A stretch of DNA of 64,000 bases from Nemertoderma westbladi. Taxonomy: Eukaryota > Animalia > Xenacoelomorpha. Shown here piece by piece: positions 61,032 through 64,000 of this stretch. Position 1 is the first letter of the stretch. Each line of letters begins with the position of its first letter. The notes under the pieces are model-generated. The model was not told the DNA's origin and ran no database searches. It was given only the letters and a program-made list of their open reading frames with translations. The translations under genes were made by a program, and so were the position numbers. Location of the stretch: positions 1 to 64,000 of the forward strand of contig JAUCBJ010002753.1 in the NCBI GenBank assembly GCA_032718475.1, given 5' to 3'.

Positions 61032-63716
61032 ATGTCGGATGCTAAGATATTATTTGGCTCGGAGATGTCTTTCCCGCCGGCATTGATTCCCCGGTGCGAT
61101 ACTGGTCACGTGATCCAGGGCACTGTGGCTTCCGAGACATTCGGTCGGACACCCATGCGGACGGACCCCTCCCAGCAGACAGACCTGTCCTGCCTCTCCA
61201 CCGAATCCTTGTCCCCATTCTACAAAGCGTCTCCCAAGTCCCCCAACCATGAATCTTTCGTATCCAACTCAGATAATCTCAGTAATAGTGCGGTTAATGT
61301 CTCTTCCTTAGCGAATCTGTCAGCTTTCTCTAAAGTCGTTTCATCTTCAGGAATTTTGCCGAATCATTTATCACCTGATGGTGTCGTTGTTCCACCCAGT
61401 AACAATAATTCATCCTCAAACAACTTCGGTATTACACCGCATCCCGGATTATTGATGACGTCACCACAGAAAGACAGTACCATGTTCAATCGAAGCGTGT
61501 TGTTACCACCGCCGAATCTGCCATTGAGTCATCAGATAAATAACTTGCCCTCTACATTCTCGAACCCATTTATGCCCATGATGCCCTTCGCACCAGGGTT
61601 CATGATGCCCCCTCGTGTCCCTCCTCAGCCTTCTTACTCTACCTCTAACCACCAACTTATTTCTTGCACATATTGCGTCTTTCAAACCCATGACACTTTA
61701 ATTATGAACGTTCACGAGCAACTACACCGTAGTCAGGCTGCCAGCGCGCTCCGTCCATTCTCTCAGCCAGTGTCAACATGCGTGGTCTGCGGCGACACCT
61801 TCTACAACACCCACCATCTCATGCAACATATAGACATACACCACAAAGAGTCAGGACTGTACAAGTGCGACCTGTGTCCCTTTACCAGTCTAGATCTTCT
61901 CAAACTATCGACCCATACCAGCGAAAAACACAGTATCATAGGGGGTCGTCTTTACCAGTGTACATATTGCGGATTTAGCACGAAAATGCGGGAATTTTTC
62001 GTCAGTCATATGGAGAGTCACGTGCAGAGAGGGGGAGTGATTCACTCTCCAACCAGTCCCTTCGGCAGTGAAAGTGCTTTCAATAGCTCTATAAGCATTG
62101 ATAATAAGCGTTTTAGTTGTCCCGAGTGCAGTTATTCTTGCGAAGCTCGTCAAACGCTAGAAAAGCACTTGTTCTACCACCAAATAACTCGAGTAAGGGA
62201 TGTTGGTAGTGTGAAAAGTTCCGGTGATGAAGTAGTTGCTAAACCTGAGCATATGAACATAGCTCTTTTCAAATGCGATCAATGTGATTTTACATCATCT
62301 GCTATGAGTGGCATTGTCAGTCACCAGAAGAACCACCAATACACCAGCCATGAGTGCAAGATATGTCACTTCGTGGTGCACTCGCGAGACGCATTGGAGG
62401 ATCACATGAAGGTGCACAAGATAGATGGGGAGTTTGTGTGCGATATCTGCGGGACAATGCTGCGAACGCTGCAGAAAATCGTTCAACACCGACGCACTCA
62501 CACAGGCGAGAAACCGTTCCAGTGTCCGCACTGCAGTTACCGGTGTTCTCGCAAGGACAACCTTAAACTCCACGCTAGACGCCACGCCCTGCGCAAATTC
62601 CATTGTCCCCAGTGCAAGTTTGTCACGGACAACGAGCCCCACCTCCAGAAACATGTGATACGCAAACACCTCACAGTGCCAAGCCAGTTGGCAATCACTA
62701 ATGGCTCTCCCCCATCCGCTTTGCACAACAGCATGAACAATTTTACTACAAGCCATAACGACATGGAGCAAAGATCAAATGCAATCTCCACACACTTTCA
62801 ACTATCTCATGAAGATTATGAAACTGAATTCATTGAACCTTTAGATTTCTCAAAGCATGACTCAGACTCATCAAGGAACTCTTTTGGTGACAATAACAAC
62901 TCGATAAAACCGTATATTTGCACAATGTGCGGTTACATCGGTATGTCAGCCTACAAACTCAACGAACACATGCGGATCCACACGGGCGAGAAACCATTCA
63001 AGTGTTCCATCTGCGAGTTCCGTTGCGCACGTAAAGGGAATCTGGCTTTGCACATGCGCCGTCATTCTGTGGACGGGTTGGTCCCGGGTCGCAATATATT
63101 CCAGTTGAGACGCCAGCTACCGGGCCCCTTCCTGGCGCTGGGAGCGCCCACCGAGTCCGTGTCCGGTCCGCATTCCGCACCGGATCTCAGCGCCTCGTCC
63201 GAGTCCTTCGACGAATATTCCCCGGTGCGTTCCACCACTCCCTTCAACGATTCCCTCCTAATGAACAGCCGAGAATACGAATCCTTCGACGAATCCCCGA
63301 GCGCTAAGAGAAGGAAACTCTTATCAGCAGCGATGGGAACGTCTACCTTTTTGTCAGACCTCCAGCTTCACAACCAATCGCGATCGAATTATTCCTTGTC
63401 CTCCGAGTCGGATAACAGCCAATGTGCGACGAGTAGCCATGACGTCACGGATGAGGTTGATGAAGAAAAGAATCCAATCGAGAACGGTGTCATCAATCTC
63501 AGCCTCAAAGACCAACGTAAACGACGGGTAGTCATAGAAACCGAGGTGCTTGATCTTTGCACGAGTGGCAAACCAGTGGAGAACGGAGTGGCAATGAAAC
63601 CCTTCGTGGATAAGGTTCCCATGTTCACGCCGAAAAAACGTCTGTTGGGGAAATATCAGGCCGAGATGAGGAACTCTTTGGTAGTGGAACACGCCGGACT
63701 GAAAGCCGGGGCCTAA
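61032..63716 (+). CDS. C2H2 zinc-finger transcription factor, 894 aa, 12 fingers, CDS in one exon
   Basis: Twelve CxxC-x12-HxxxH-type fingers, two TGEKPF linkers, Pro/Ser-rich N-terminus; in-frame stop upstream of the ATG; likely 5'UTR acceptor tttttgtattttag| at 60925. Confidence 0.93.
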   Translation: MSDAKILFGSEMSFPPALIPRCDTGHVIQGTVASETFGRTPMRTDPSQQTDLSCLSTESLSPFYKASPKSPNHESFVSNSDNLSNSAVNVSSLANLSAFSKVVSSSGILPNHLSPDGVVVPPSNNNSSSNNFGITPHPGLLMTSPQKDSTMFNRSVLLPPPNLPLSHQINNLPSTFSNPFMPMMPFAPGFMMPPRVPPQPSYSTSNHQLISCTYCVFQTHDTLIMNVHEQLHRSQAASALRPFSQPVSTCVVCGDTFYNTHHLMQHIDIHHKESGLYKCDLCPFTSLDLLKLSTHTSEKHSIIGGRLYQCTYCGFSTKMREFFVSHMESHVQRGGVIHSPTSPFGSESAFNSSISIDNKRFSCPECSYSCEARQTLEKHLFYHQITRVRDVGSVKSSGDEVVAKPEHMNIALFKCDQCDFTSSAMSGIVSHQKNHQYTSHECKICHFVVHSRDALEDHMKVHKIDGEFVCDICGTMLRTLQKIVQHRRTHTGEKPFQCPHCSYRCSRKDNLKLHARRHALRKFHCPQCKFVTDNEPHLQKHVIRKHLTVPSQLAITNGSPPSALHNSMNNFTTSHNDMEQRSNAISTHFQLSHEDYETEFIEPLDFSKHDSDSSRNSFGDNNNSIKPYICTMCGYIGMSAYKLNEHMRIHTGEKPFKCSICEFRCARKGNLALHMRRHSVDGLVPGRNIFQLRRQLPGPFLALGAPTESVSGPHSAPDLSASSESFDEYSPVRSTTPFNDSLLMNSREYESFDESPSAKRRKLLSAAMGTSTFLSDLQLHNQSRSNYSLSSESDNSQCATSSHDVTDEVDEEKNPIENGVINLSLKDQRKRRVVIETEVLDLCTSGKPVENGVAMKPFVDKVPMFTPKKRLLGKYQAEMRNSLVVEHAGLKAGA

Positions 63717-64000
63717 TCATGAGCTACTCTGGTGTTGCTATGTTGCATTAATTTATAAATAATTTCCTTAAATAATTATACTTTTGCCCGACAACAACTA
63801 AAATACAACTTTCGTAGATTTAAGTAAAAATTACTGAGTCCTATTTTTACTTCGAGAATGGCCATTACAAATAATAAGAACCAATTACAACGTAATGTTT
63901 TTGCTATTGATTTGTTGGCCATTGTTGTAACACTCATTGAATACGGATTGACTACGGATTCAATTCAATTATTAACGTCAAAAATACAATTTCCAGATTT

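Noticed and set aside
61050-63692. Antisense and alternate-frame ORFs over the zinc-finger CDS
   Set aside because: Shadow ORFs of a GC-richer coding region with no recognisable motifs.

Overview
AT-rich eukaryotic (probably invertebrate animal) genomic DNA, not prokaryotic. It holds the last 17 coding exons of an EFCAB6-like multi-EF-hand gene (+, 11640-48633; GT-AG introns with consistent phases, about 1178 codons plus stop; the 5' part lies outside the window), two intronic tRNA genes (Val-AAC, Cys-GCA), three decayed non-LTR retrotransposons, several MITE-like inverted-repeat elements and a single-exon-CDS 12-finger C2H2 zinc-finger gene (61032-63716). About half the window (about 31 kb) is nine unrelated minisatellite arrays; most short ORFs in the track are artefacts of them. 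The main observation is that several arrays are amplified copies of the sequence they sit on. Two demonstrably span real splice junctions (exon-7 donor, exon-11 acceptor), and the 47-mer at the window start very probably spans a donor. This creates tens to hundreds of tandem decoy splice sites, and using any of them adds an in-frame stop. Two older, decayed acceptor-type arrays are also visible. Two more arrays grew from retrotransposon coding motifs, and a two-copy duplication sits on tRNA-Val.
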